Assembly (NCBI GenBank): GCA_028534125.1
Contig: CM052818.1
Location: forward strand, 932,001 to 996,000
Reading direction: 5' to 3'
DNA length: 64,000 bases
Origin: Lama glama
Lineage: Eukaryota
Each line of letters opens with the position of its first letter. Position 1 is the first letter of the stretch. Positions 39,160 to 52,158 of this stretch are shown here, in pieces. The notes beneath the pieces are model-generated. The model was not told the DNA's origin. It saw only the letters and a list, made by a program, of their open reading frames with translations, and made no database searches. Position numbers and translations under genes: made by a program.

Positions 39160-42100
39160 TTCAATGTGTTGACTGTGCCAGTGATTGCACTTGATATGAG
39201 TACATGTCCATGAGTGTGTGGGGCTGGGTTCTGGGCTATGTGGACTGTAAGTGTGTGCCTGTGAGTGTTTCTAGGGCGAGAGGGTGGCTGTGTGTGACTG
39301 AGTATGCCTATGAGTATTTCTGTGGGGAGCAGGCAGGGGTGTCTGCTTGTGTGTTTGCAGCTGGGCTGGTGGGGGCTGAGTGATCAGATACGCGCATTTC
39401 TGTGTGTGCCGTGGTGTGGGCAGTGTTCCTGGGAGTGTTCTACGTATACCCATGTGACCATGAGCAGACCCTGTGCCCATGTCTCTCCCTGCCAGTCAGG
39501 GTCTCCTCCAGAGGGTGGGTGGGCAGCCAGGCCAAGGTCCCGGGGGTAAGAGACTGCTCCGGGCCCAGGGAGGTGGTGCAGATCGACCAGTTCCTGAAGG
39601 AGACGGCGGCGCGGGAGGCCAGCGCCAAGCTGCGGCTGCAGCAGTTCATCGAGGAGCTCCTGGAGCGGGCGGACCGCGCCGAGCGGCAGCTGCAGGTCAT
39701 CAGCAGCAGCTGCGGCAGCACGCCCAGCGCCAGCCTGGGCCGAGGAGCGGGGGCAGGTGCCGCGGGGCCCGGGGCCCGGGGCGGCCCAGGCAGAACGGTG
39801 AGTGTCCACCTGCCTGCCGTCCTCCACCTGCACGCCTGAGCCCTGCAACCCCGCCTCACACGCGGCCTGATGCCCCCCTGTAATGCTCCAGGCTCCCCTT
39901 TCTTGGCTCTTCCCCATGAGCAGACCCCAGGCCTGAAGCAGGGGTCCAGGGACAGGGGAGCCCCTTTCACGGCACAAGTGCCAGCCCGGAGGCTGGAGGG
40001 AGATAGGACCCAGCAACCCCTGTCCTCACTTCTGCCACTCCCTGCAAATGAGCCCTGGAGCCACATGAGAGCCTGGGGTGCTTGGTGGGTGGGGGGAAGG
40101 GGCTGGTGATCCTGTCTCTCTGGGCCGGCTGTCTGTCCACTTGTCCATCTTTCCCAACTTGTTTCCTTCTCTCTCCTCTCCCCGCTCTCTTCTCTCCATC
40201 TTGTGCCCTGTTTCTCCTGCTCCTTCTCATCTTCTGGCCTCCTCTACCCCCTGCTTTTCCGGCCCACTCTGGGGGCCCACAGCGAGAACACCACGCAGGC
40301 CCAGCCATGCCCAGCACATATGCGGTGTCACGGCATGGCTCCTCTCCCAGCACCGGGTAAGCCTCGGGACCAGTCCGCCCCACACAGCCCACCCTCCCCC
40401 TGGAAAGAGCCACTGGCCGGCTGGATGGCTTGGCTTCTCCTCCTCCTACTATCCTTCCTGGGGCACGTCTGTCTGCTTTACCACACTCAGAGCGGATTCT
40501 TGGAAAGTAGGGTGTGGGAGTTGCCCTTGGCCAGTGGTACGGGTGGTACGGGGAGTTCGGGCTGGCCTGGTGCCCCTTGCTCCTCACCATCTGGTCCACC
40601 CCACCTCAGGGCCTCCAGCCGCATCCCAGCTGCATCCCAGAGCTCGGGCTGCTATGACAGTGACAGTCTGGAGCTGCCCCGGCCAGAAGAGGGGGCCCCT
40701 GAGGACAGTGGCCCCGGGGGTTTGGGCACAAGGGTCCAGGCTGCTAATGGTGGCTCAGAGCGAGCCCAGCCCCCTCGCAGCTCAGGCCTGCGGCGCCAGG
40801 CCATCCAGAATTGGCAGCGCAGACCTCGCCGACACAGCACCGAGGGGGAAGAGGGTGACGTCTCGGACGTGGGCTCCCGGACCACGGAGTCAGAGGCCGA
40901 AGGCCCCTCAGAAGTCCCCCGCCCTGGGCCTTCTGCAGCTGGGCCATTGAGCAGCTGCAGGCTCTCAGGTGAGTCCTGGGTGGGGGGACTGAGAAGCCAG
41001 TCTGTCTATGGTGCTGGGCCCTCTCATGGGACACAGGGCTGAGGCAGTAAATCTCCTGGGCTCCCACACCTCCTGTCCACTTGCCCCAGACTTCCCACAG
41101 TGAGAATGACAAACTCCCTCCTACACAGGGCCCTGCGAGCTGCTGTGACAGGGCAGTGCTGTCGCACAGGGACACTCAGATTGGATATTGCACAAAGATG
41201 CCACAGCTAAGGCAGCCCATTCACATGACATTTATGGGAAGGGAGTTGAGTGTTCAGACAGAAGCCCAGGGCCAGTGGGGAAGGCCCCCTCCATATACAC
41301 ACAGGGCCATGTGCATATGTGGGTGGGTCAGGGTCAGGGTCAGGGTCAGGAGGCTAGAGACTTCAGGTCCTGGTATGTGGCTGTGCCCTGGGGACTGCTC
41401 TGGGCAGCCTCTCACCTGCCTTCCGTTCATAGAGGCATGGTTTCTATCCATCTGTACCCTAGCCTTCCAAACCCCGTCCTTCTTCAATCTTGACCCAGTT
41501 AGTTGCCTCATCTAGGGTGACTTTGGACTATGTGCTGATATATAATCTTAGAAAGTTCACTTAAGGAAGGGCCACGTTTTCCTAACCTGCGAAATTAGGG
41601 ATAGAAATGACACAGGGGAGGGAGAAGCAGAGACCTTATGTCCCTCCTCCCAAGTTGCTGGTCCCCCAGCATGGGTCTCTCATGCCCCTTCCTCTGCAGT
41701 TCCTACCCTCCCACCTGCATCCCCATCCTGGCCTTTGACCCTCCACATTCACCTTTGACCCTCTGGTATTGTATAGCCCGACCCGAGGGCGGCAGTGGGC
41801 GGGGTCGGCGAGCTGAGAGGGGCAGCCCCTCACGCTCCAATGAGGTCATCAGCCCGGAGATCCTCAAGATGCGAGCCGCCCTGTTCTGCATCTTCACCTA
41901 CCTGGACACACGCACACTGCTGCATGCCGCCGAGGTCTGCCGGGACTGGCGCTTCGTGGCCCGCCACCCTGCCGTCTGGACACGGGTGCTGCTGGAGAAT
42001 GCCCGGGTCTGTTCCAAGGTGCCTGTCCCTGCCGGCCGCGCCTGCCCTCGGAGTCACCCTTGCTGTGAACCTGCCTTTTCCTGGCAGATTCTTATCCCCA

Positions 42101-45100
42101 CAAATTCTGGTCCTTGCAACCCTTATAACACCCCAGCTCCAGCCTGAGTCCCCAAAATGATCTCATGGGGACTTCTATCCTGGGGTTGGTCCACCTCCAG
42201 CCAACTAAACTCAGACCTCCTCATCCCCAGGTAACCCCCCTCTCTCTGCAGTTCCTGGCAATGCTGGCTCAGTGGTGCACCCAGGCCCACTCGCTGACCC
42301 TGCAGAACCTGAAGCCCCGACAGCGGGGCAAGAAGGAGAGCAAAGAGGAGTATGCCCGGAGTACCCGGTGAGGCCGTGGTGGGTGGGGGGGGGGCGCTCC
42401 TGGGTCCCAGACCCAGGACTACATGAGGAGGCTTCCCAGACGAGGAGGTGGCCACGAGCAGCTCCCTGACCTCTTGGCCATCCCCAGGGGCTGCCTGGAA
42501 GCAGGGCTGGAGTCTCTGCTGAAGGCGGCAGGGGGGAATCTGCTGATCCTGCGCATCTCCCACTGTCCCAACATCCTCACCGACCGTTCGCTCTGGCTGG
42601 CCAGCTGCTACTGCCGCGCGCTGCAGGCCGTCACCTACAGGTGTGTCCACACCACCGGAAGCAAGGCCTCGGGCCCAAGGGATCCCTGGGCTCTGCATAC
42701 CCTCCCCCCAGGGCTCTCGGGCAAAGGGACCCAAGAGCTCTGTGGCCCAGGGGAAGGGTGCAGAGGCCACCACAATGGCCAGCTTTATCTTTTCAACAGA
42801 AGTGCCACAGACCCGGTGGGCCATGAGGTCATTTGGGCCCTGGGCGCAGGCTGCAGAGAGATTGTCTCCCTCCAGGTGGCGCCACTTCACCCCTGGTGAG
42901 CCCTGGCAGGGGTGGGGAGGGGCAGGGTTGGGCCTGGTGTGGGGCTGAGGACTGAGCAGATCTGGGCCCTTTCCATGAGCTGTTTGGGGTGACAGGTTCA
43001 TCAGTCTGTGTCTTTAGGCGACAGGAGCAGGGCTTCTGAATCAGACTTCAGGATCACGTCCTGGCTTGCTAGCAGTGTGACTTTGGGAAACCCAGTCGTG
43101 CCTTAGTTCCTCACCTGTGAAGTGAAGGTGATGTTAGGGTCTGTCGTATTAGGACTGTCACTGGCTCTAGTGAGATGTGTGCATAAAGGCTGCAGAGCCC
43201 ACGTGAGTGTTCATAAACGCTGGCTGAAGTAGCCAGGTTTGTTCGGCACGTGAAAGGCAGTTCAGGGAGGTCAGTGTATAATACACAACCGAGTGGCTAT
43301 CAGAGAATCCAGGGTGTGAGATCATCCATTGCTGTACTTGGAGTTCCTCACACATACCAGGCTTTTGCACTCCCTGTGCCTGCCAGCCAAGCCCCCCGTG
43401 GATATGACACCTCCTCCCAGGTCACCCAGTGTCCCTTCACTAACACTCTGGTAGAATTTGTCCCTGCTCCCCTGCTTCCATTCCGGTGGCACCTTGTCCT
43501 GGCCCCTCCGTTTTACAATGAGTTCTCATATATTTCAGTCTGCACTAGACTCACGTTTCTCAGGGCAGAGGCTGTGAATGTCCGTTTCTGTATCCCCGAT
43601 ACCGAGCGCATGGCAGACACCCAGGAGACGTCTGCTGCCTGGGCGACTGTTGAGTGATGAAGTGTTCAGGGAAACAGCAAGTTTGGTGTGAGTGGTGGGC
43701 AGGACCCAGAGGACAATGAGTGTGGAGAAGGATGGACCAAGTTTGGAAAGCCTTGTCTAAGGGATTGACATTTTTGCATTTTATCTAGGAAGCACTGGGA
43801 AGCCATTGGGGGATTTTAGGTCTTAAAAAACAGAATTCTATCAGACTGATAATGTTCTGCCCCCTTCTTCCCAGAACTGTCCACCTCTTGGGGGCAGAGA
43901 TGATGTCTGTATTGTCGCCACTGTGTCCTCAAGGCTGAGCTCGGTTGTTCTTGGCCGTAGTGGACACTTGAGAAGCATTTGTTGAATGACTAAGTGAGAG
44001 GCTGTGGGACTGAGTGGCTCGCTGTCAGCAGTGTGGAGGATGGCAGGGCAGGGAGGCTAATATGACCAGATGAATATCAATGGTGGTCTGAATTGTGGGT
44101 TGAAGAGTTATTCAGGAATCAGAATCTGCAGGTCTTGGTGGGAGGTGAGGGAAGAGGAGGCATGGAGGATCCCAAGTTTCTGGCTTGAATGGTTTGGTGG
44201 TTGGTGGGGCCTGGCCTTGGATGGCAGGACCTGAAAGAGGAGCAGGTGTGGGTATCGGGCAGTCAGAGGCTTCCCTGACCCCCTCCCTCCACCTCTCTCC
44301 AGCCAGCAGCCCACGCGCTTCAGTAACCGCTGCCTACAGATGATTGGTCGCTGTTGGCCCCACCTCCGGGCCCTGGGGGTTGGCGGTGCCGGCTGTGGGG
44401 TGCAGGGCCTGGCATCACTCGGTGAGTCTTTCCTCGGGACTGGGTAGGGGCTGCTGGGAAGCAGGCATGGGTGCAACACTGAAATCCCAGGGGGGCTCGG
44501 GGCTGCAGCCTCGGGGGTGGCAGGAGCACCACAGCACCGGGCAGGGGTGACCTGGGGTGCTTGTCAGCAGGACCCCTCCCCCTTCTGTCTTCCTAGCGAG
44601 AAACTGCATGCGGCTGCAGGTCCTGGAGCTGGACCACGTGTCGGAGATCACCCAGGAGGTGGCGGCTGAGGTCTGCCGGGAAGGCCTGAAGGGACTGGAG
44701 ATGTTGGTGCTCACGGCCACCCCCGTCACCCCCAAGGCCCTGCTGCATTTCAACAGTGAGTGATGGGGATGCAGGGTAGGGTAGGCCCGTCTTCTCTTAT
44801 CATGCTTGTCAGCAAGTAGCATAACTGACTCCCTGTCGCTCCTGGTCAGCAGACACCAGTACTGGAGTCAGACTGACCAGGGTTCTAGTCCTGGCTTTAC
44901 TACCAGTGCCTTCCGAGGCCAGTGTGGCATTCAAACCCTTGCCAGCATCTGATCCAAATGGTTCAGTTCAACAGTCATTGCCTTGTGCTTGGTCCACGAT
45001 GGAGACGTGAGCTCCGCAGCACCGTCTACCATCCACCCCGACGTGAGCCTCCAGCCAGGGGTGCGGCAGGAGAACAGTCGGGTTCCAGAGTTGGACTGAC

Positions 45101-46345
45101 CTAGGTCTCAATTCTGGCTCCACTGCTTCTTAGCTGTGTGACTTTGAGCAAGTCACTATCCTCCTCTTGAATCCTGGATCTCCATCTTCTAAGCTGACTT
45201 TCTAGAATGGGTGGGAGGATTAAATGAGATAATGTGTATGCGCCCCCCGCCCCCCATGACAGTTCTCAGGGTGAAGACTTCAGCATCGTCCTCTGGCCCC
45301 GGCCTCCCCCCAGCCCCCTATTCCCCTCCCGGTCATTCTTCCACCTTCACTAAGGACACAGGTGCGCAGCTTGTGCTGCACACGCCTGAGTGAGACCATC
45401 ATCCAGGGCCATTTGGTCCCCGGCAGAGCCCCATGTCCAGCACTAGAGGTTCCTTGACCTTTTTGTTGTTCCCAGGCTCCTCTTCTTCCTGCTCCTTTCA
45501 GCCTCCCCGCCCTGCCCAGGACTGACCACCGGAACTAACTGCTTAGCCTCCAAAATCCTAACCTCTAGAATCCTCTTGGCCTCTTGACCTTCTTGATCCT
45601 TATCCCCCAACGTCATGGCAACATCCAGTCCCTTAAGCCCTCTGCTGCCAACTTATTTGCTCCCTTCCTCCCCTCATCCACGTTCCAGCTGAGACCGATC
45701 AGCCTCACCTCAGCCCCTCGGTCCTTGTGGTTCGTTTCCAAATGCCCAGGCCATAATACAGCTGTCCCCTCTGCCAGGGAAGTTGCTAGAGCCTGTGTAC
45801 AGCTGGCTGTTGTCCACTTGTCCTGCCAGAGTCCACCGCAGCCCGTGCTCTTTGGCCTCACCCTCCACCTTCTCCCCTTGCCCAGCTGAGCCTGGGTCTA
45901 CTCCCGGTGCCTGGCACGTGACCGTCTCTCAGAGGTTCTGATTGTGTTAACTAGCCTAGAGGAGAGGAGACAGCCCCACTGTCCCAGGCAAGCCCAGGCC
46001 AGACGTGGTCCCCACCTTACCTACCTTTTCTCAGGCATTTGCCGGAACCTCAAGTCCATTGTGGTCCAGATCGGGATTGCTGACTATTTCAAAGAGCCCA
46101 GCAGTCCTGAGGCCCAGAAGCTGTTTGAGGACATGGTGACAAAACTCCAGGTGAGCAGTTGGCTCTGAGGCCACCCAGGACCCCAGGTGACATCTGTAGG
46201 CTAGGGCTGGAGACCTGGGTGTTTGAAGGGAGGGCCCCCCCTGTCTGGCCCTGAGGGGAACTAACGCAGGTTTGGTCTGCAGGCCCTGCGACGGAGGCCC
46301 GGCTTCTCTAAGATCCTGCACATCAAGGTGGAAGGTGGCTGCTAA
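37142..46345 (+). CDS. FBXO41: F-box only protein 41 (877 aa); coding exons 37142-38049, 39569-39797, 40283-40356, 40610-40968, 41777-42018, 42252-42367, 42488-42640, 42800-42895, 44303-44421, 44597-44755, 46035-46150, 46283-46345
   Basis: GCCATGG Kozak start, MASLDLPYRCPRCGEHKRF... Contains a coiled coil, F-box (EILKMRAALFCIFTYLDTRTLLHAAEVCRDWRFVARHPAVW) and LRR-like C-terminus ending HIKVEGGC*. All junctions are GT-AG and phase-consistent, totalling 2634 nt. The acceptor of the first coding exon is at 37003. Confidence 0.95.
37292..37327 (+). repeat. Coding (GCC)n repeat encoding a 12-Ala tract in FBXO41
   Basis: gcc gcg then 10 uninterrupted gcc (37298-37327). Confidence 0.9.
39127..39159. 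repeat. (TG)n microsatellite in a FBXO41 intron
   Basis: Direct reading, one interruption. Confidence 0.85.
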
Positions 46346-49300
46346 CCCGAGTTGGGGGCTGCAGGGCCCCTGCCAGCCCCACACCAGGGCACCCTCTTTG
46401 GACCTCCAGAGGGCCCCTGATTTGGATTAGACCTTTGGAGGCCTAGTGTTATCCCTGGCTTCCAGGGAGGCGTTGCCAGTCTTTTGTCCTTCTGCTGGGA
46501 CTGTGGAGCAACAGGCCTGACCCTGAGCACTGCCTCTCCGGGGCAGGGGTTCGGACAGAAGCTGGCCCCGACTCCCACCCCACCCCTAGTTGGAGCAGCC
46601 CTCTGGGCACAGGCAGTGAAGAGCTGAGTCACCACCAGCACTTGGTGTCACTGCCCTGAGGGTCTGCAATAACCGCCAGTGGCTCCTCGGCTGCTCGGGC
46701 TCCTGGGGCAGGCCTCCCCTTTCCGAGGCCCAGCCTCCGGGTCAGGAGCCTCTGCTAGGCGCCCAGCCAGAGCGGGCTCCACAAGGCAGCTCAGACTTGG
46801 CAAGGAGGGCTCTTCTCTTCGCCCTGCCCTGTCCCAGCCCTGCGTGGGGCACCGCCTTCCGCCGGGGCTCTGGGTCCACACGCTCCAGGGAAAACACAGA
46901 CAGGCCTAGGGATCTGGGAATGTGGTTGGCCGAAGGTGGGAGGTGAAGGTGCAGGCAGGTAGTGGGAGGCGGGCTTGGAAGGGCAAAACATTCAGGGTAT
47001 CGAGACCACCCCTCCCAAGGGGAGACATTGCCAGGTAGAGAAAACTGAAGAGTTTTTATTGCTGTAGAAAAGACAAGACCCCTGGCGGTCACCACTACCC
47101 CACGACACACCAGAACTAAATTCAGAGCTAAAAGGTGCATGTTTCTATACCTTCCACCAACCCTGAGCCTCTGGAGGGGTGAGGTCCTAGCTCTGGGAAA
47201 CGCTGTCAGCAGTGAGACGCAGTTCCTGCTTCTAATCCAGGTGCTCGCTTAGGAGTCTGATGGCCTTTGGGTCCCTAAGGCGATGTGGGAGGGAGTCAGT
47301 GGGCTGCCCTGTGTGCTGGGGCCTGGAGGAGGCCAGGAGGAGGGTGGTTTGTTTTGCTTCTTTGTCTGGCTAGCTTGCTTGAAAATGTGGCCTTGGTAGG
47401 GAGCCAGACCCATGCGGCTGAGAACGAGGAGGAGCCTCCACATTGGACTTGCCCCCCTCCTCAGTCTCTGCTGGCCCCACGGGCTGAGGGCTGTGTTGTG
47501 GGGGTCTTCTGCCGGGGGCAGTGCTGGCACCTGAGTCAGAATCACTGGCTTAGAGTCCAACCTTGCATGGTTCCCCAAGGACCAGGTCCTGGCACTATGG
47601 CTCTAAAGACTCAGGGCTCCCCAGTTCCTCCTCTTAGGACTCCCACAGCGGCACACAGGCTGTGAATCCTGCCAACGTTCATTTGGAAAGTTCTTTCAAA
47701 CACGAATCTAGATCCATCTTAGGGTTTCCTTCTCTCCAGTTACAGTCCTAATCATTAGGCCACTAGTCCTGGCTTACGGCTGGGCCCCACTAGTTTCTCA
47801 GTCCTTTCCAGGGATGCAGCTTTCTGCCGCACCTTGGCACAGACATCAAGGTCCACCCTGGTTACCCTGTGACGAGGCCTCCAGAGCTGGGCGGGCACAG
47901 GCCCAGCAGTGCACTCAGCTTCCCCGGCTCCCCACCCAGCTGAGCCCTGGCGCTTCCCACTGTTGATGACTTTTCCTCCTGTGGCTTATTCTGGCCCTGC
48001 CCTTTGAAGACCCCAGATATCAAGGGTGTCATGTTGGCAACTCCCTGTCCAGCCCTGCATGGAGCCTTGGCTGTGTGGCATCGCCACCCCAAGAGCAGCT
48101 GCTTCCATTGGCTCCTACCTTTCCAGCCCTGTCCCCAGGAGTCACGAAGGAGAAGCACGACTCTCCTGTGCTCCGGGGCCTGGAAGGGAGGTGGAAGTCC
48201 ATTCGGCCTGGCTGCCCTGGGTGTGTCTGTCTTGCTTTGCCAGCTGCACCCTCCACAGCCCCTGCTCCCTGCGACCCCAGGACCAGAGGGGCTGCCCTCC
48301 CTGTCTCCTGGACAAAGCACAAGGGGAGGCTTGCTTGGCCTGAGCCTGTCCTACTAAGGGACTTTTTTTCTGCCCCAGGAAGCCTCCATCCCTGAAGACA
48401 AGGCTTTGGGCATTTTCTCCCCGGGAAGGTGCCCACTGGAACTGGGTCAGTTCTGGGAAAGCTCAGGGTGCACAGGCAGCGAGCTCAAGTGGGAGAAGGG
48501 TGGTGCTGAAAGGTCTGACCTTTGTCCCAGGCTTCTTCTTGTTCGTTCACCGTGCAGTGGTGCTGAGCACCACCCCACGGGAGGCAGCGGTGAGCAAGAC
48601 TCCCCTCTCCTCTGACTGGAGGTTTGCCTCTCACGAGTTTGGCTGTTTCCAGGGAACCCACCTGTATTTTCCAGCTGAGTGTGGGAGGGCCGTGTGGGCG
48701 GGCACGTCGCACAGGCCCAAGCCCCTGCCAGTGGCAGTGATGGGTCACAGTGTGTCCTACTGCGCACCTGGGGCTGACAGACTTGTGCGCCCTGGCCTTC
48801 ATGTCTGTCCTGCAAACTGGCAGGTTTGCAGGCTCCCCCTAGCCCCCCACCAGCTCGATAGTATTTTTGCCTCTCCTCAGGGGCATAAGCCCTGCTGCTG
48901 AGTGAGGAGCTTTTGTTTGCTTGGATGCTCCATGGGTCACTTCTTTGGCAACCATACAGCAAGGGCTAAGGATGGGAACAGGGACAGAGGGCCTGGCCAC
49001 CCCACAAGGCACCTCATTCTTCACTTGCCCAAGGAGAGCCCTCCTCCACATCTCACACCTGATGAGCTGCAGAGAGGAGTATCAGAGAGCAAACCAAAGT
49101 GGGCCCTGCTCTGGGGTCCCAGCGTGTGGAGAGGTCCCACGGCTGGTGGCCACTTGCTGTCCCTACCACCTCTCCCTGCCATACGGCCCAGCCCAGTCCT
49201 GGGAAACTTGGCAGATTTGGCTTGAGTGTGTCACCATGCTTTCTTCAGGCTGCCTCCCCACAGCCCTGACAGACAACAAAGGAGATGCTGTATCTGGGTC

Positions 49301-50506
49301 TCTAAAGGAAAGGGAGTGGGCTGCCCAGAACCATGGCTTTCACTGGCCACCCCAGGACCCAGGCAGCATGCTTTCCTAGTCCCATGAAAGTGGAGTTTGA
49401 GCCAGCCCCTTAAGAACTGCTGGGGGAGAAAAGAAAAAAAAAGAAAAAAACAAGCCGCCTCCTTCCCAAGGCCTGCTGCTCTGAGGTTTGACTGTGTCCC
49501 TTGCCTTTGGGTCCTGCCTGTCCCCAGGTCCTGATCTCTGGTCCTCTGGGCTGCAGGTGGGGAGCTGCCCAGGCCCCAGTCCCTCTTAGGCGCTAAGTTG
49601 AAGACCTTTCCAGAGTGATTATTGGTGCCAAAGATCCAGTTCCTGGTGGACTTTGGGTGAAGACAGGAGACAGGAGAGTGGGTGCAGGGCCCAAGTGCCC
49701 AGAGGAGTTAACTCATACCAGTGGGATCTGTCCCAGCCTGTTGGTCCCTGATGAGTCTAACTTCCCTTCCCCAGGGGCCCGGCACTTCTCTCTTTACCCC
49801 TGGTGGCCATGCTTTCTCACCCAGCCTTGTCCCAGGCCCGCTTATCTGTATATATTGCTGTGTATTGTGTGTATGTATTTATTCCCAGACAAGTGTGTTC
49901 ATCTACAGCCTTGCCTGAGGATAAGGTTTAGGATTGAGTGAAGATCAGAATACCAGGGCCAACTAAAGCAACCAGCTCCTAGGCCTACCCCAACCCCTTG
50001 GGACCCTGGCCAGTCCCAAGACTGCCCTGACAATCAGGCAGGCTTCCCCGCCACGAGTCCAAGCCTCACCTGCCACCGCTGGCATGGCCCCAGGCTTGGC
50101 CCTGCCCTGCCAGAGGTCTTGTATTCAGGGGCAGGCTTGCTGCGTGGCTGGCACCAGTAGGCCCGGCTCTTCTAGTGAGGCCTACTGGCAGGGACCTCCA
50201 ACTGGCCCCCAGGCCCTGCCTTCCCCGCACAGCCAGGCTGCAATGGGCCTGAGCTGTGACTGGGTCTTCCCTCACCCCAAGCACATCAGGCAGAGGGGTG
50301 GAGAGCATTTCTTGGTTTTGTTTCTGAAGTGGTGCCTGTACCTCCAGCCCCCAGGGGGCCTTCCCTGGCCCCACTTTTCGGCCCCACCCAGGCATCACCA
50401 TCCCAGCACTTTGCTCCACATCACCCATAGATGCCCTTTGCCGAATGTACTCGAGTGTATGTATTTAAAGACTCACATGGGCATCAGAATTTGTGGCTTT
50501 GTATCC

Positions 50507-50512
50507 AATAAA
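50507..50512 (+). terminator. Likely FBXO41 polyadenylation signal (AATAAA); implies a ~4.2-kb 3'UTR
   Basis: First canonical AATAAA I found after the stop at 46345, preceded by a TGTA/U-rich block (50446-50470). Confidence 0.65.
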
Positions 50513-52017
50513 AGATGGTGAAACTGGAACAGTATCTGCCTCAGGGAAGTAAATGGTAGGTGGCCACATTTGCCAGTCTGTCCCCAAACCTTTCTGAGGC
50601 TGAATGCACTGAGGTAGGAAGGAGGTGGATGAACTGAGTGGCATCAGTGAGGTGAAGTGAAGCATCAGGATGACCTGTCTCAGGACAGCAGACATCGCTG
50701 GAGGAAGGCCACGAAGGCTTCTGCCCCTGCCACAGCTTTCGGTGTCTGCAGGTGGACAGAAAGACTTGAGGTGTCATTTCTGACTCTCAGCCAGAAGCCG
50801 CCATCCTCAAGGGCAACCCAGCACAAGTACAGCAGGAACAGCAGACACCACCCATCCCCTCACTGGCGTGGTCACCCTAGGAGGCTCTGGCCAGCCAGTC
50901 AGGCTTTGGCTTGATGGAGACCAAGTTGTCTATCACGGGCTGGTTCAATGTGCCCATTTTACAAAATGGGGTTTCCCCACTGATTCAATTACTCAGGTCT
51001 ATTTAAAAATCAGAAAAAACAGGTGTTGAGGCTTAAACTGTGTGTGGCTCTAGCATCGAACTAGTAGATGAACACTTACCCCTGCAACTCAGTCAGCTAC
51101 TGTCATCGGCATACAGAACAGCTGAAAGAACTTAGTTCAGGACCATCAAGTTAGGAGGAATGCCAAACTCCAAAGTCTGGACCTGCCACCACCTCATTCT
51201 GCTTTTGAGTCCATCTAACCATGAGTGGTTCGACTCAAAGGTTTTTTTTTAAAAAATCCTTTTCCAGATTCAGCAGCAGAAGCTTCAGTGGCTCAAGGTA
51301 CATAATTCTTTACTTCTGGGTTCAACAACTATTAATTACAGCTAGCTGCAGGCCAACTCTCAGGACTAGCATAAATGAGGCAGACTCTGCTGATTTCGTT
51401 TATCTGCGCTAGCCATTCCAAACTTCCACTGGTCAGAAGAAAGTGGAAGGGACCCCCAAGACTACTGACCGTGAATGGAGAAGACCGGGTGGGGCTCCTT
51501 CAGCTACGTCCTCAATGGAAACCTAAGAATTGGAGAGGGTGTGGCCTCTCTAAAACATTCCTCCAAGCCCTCAACCTCAAAATCTTGAGTAAGAGGGATG
51601 AAAGGACTGAGCCAAAAGAATATGGGAGCAGAAAAGGCAGACAAGGTAATGTGATGCATTTACTCAAACTCAGAGAAACCCGGGGAGGAATGCCCGGCTA
51701 GGCCAGGGCTAAGTAAGATGATGTCAGAAGACAAGGAAGTGACTCCACGTCAGCTTCTAGGACTGAGAAAGCAACCAAAGTGAAACTTCCAGGCAGGGGC
51801 CCTGTCCAGTGGAGCTTCTGCCCTGGCAGTGGACCTACAGCCCACTTTAACAACGAGAGGCTGTGGAAGACTCAGCCCAAAGGAGAGAAGGTCATTTTCT
51901 CTTTTCTACCTGTTAGGTGAGTACACGCGAAGCTAAAATCCTGAGCTGCAGTCAAGACATTCATGAGTAAAACTCTTGTGCCTAAATAATGTGGAAAATG
52001 AATTCTAAGTCTTAAGT

Positions 52018-52023
52018 TTTATT
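52018..52023 (-). terminator. CCT7 polyadenylation signal (AATAAA on minus strand)
   Basis: tttatt on the plus strand, ~135 nt downstream of the CCT7 stop. Confidence 0.8.
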
Positions 52024-52158
52024 TAAATAACCTCCAGTGAGAACAGAGTGGGCCAAATACTACCCCTTCCTTGTAACACCATTTGACCAAGACAGAGTGA
52101 GTGAAGCACAGCCTGCAGCCAGCCTGCTGGCCAACTCTTGTGAGCGCCGGGGTGCCTC

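Noticed and set aside
44530..44548. RE1-like half site cagcaccgggcag
   Set aside because: The right half GGACAG is absent; probably chance.
46261..46282. Upstream AG (46268-46269) before the last FBXO41 exon
   Set aside because: It lies immediately after the likely branch point CTAAC and 13 nt out of frame; the distal AG gives the expected C-terminus.
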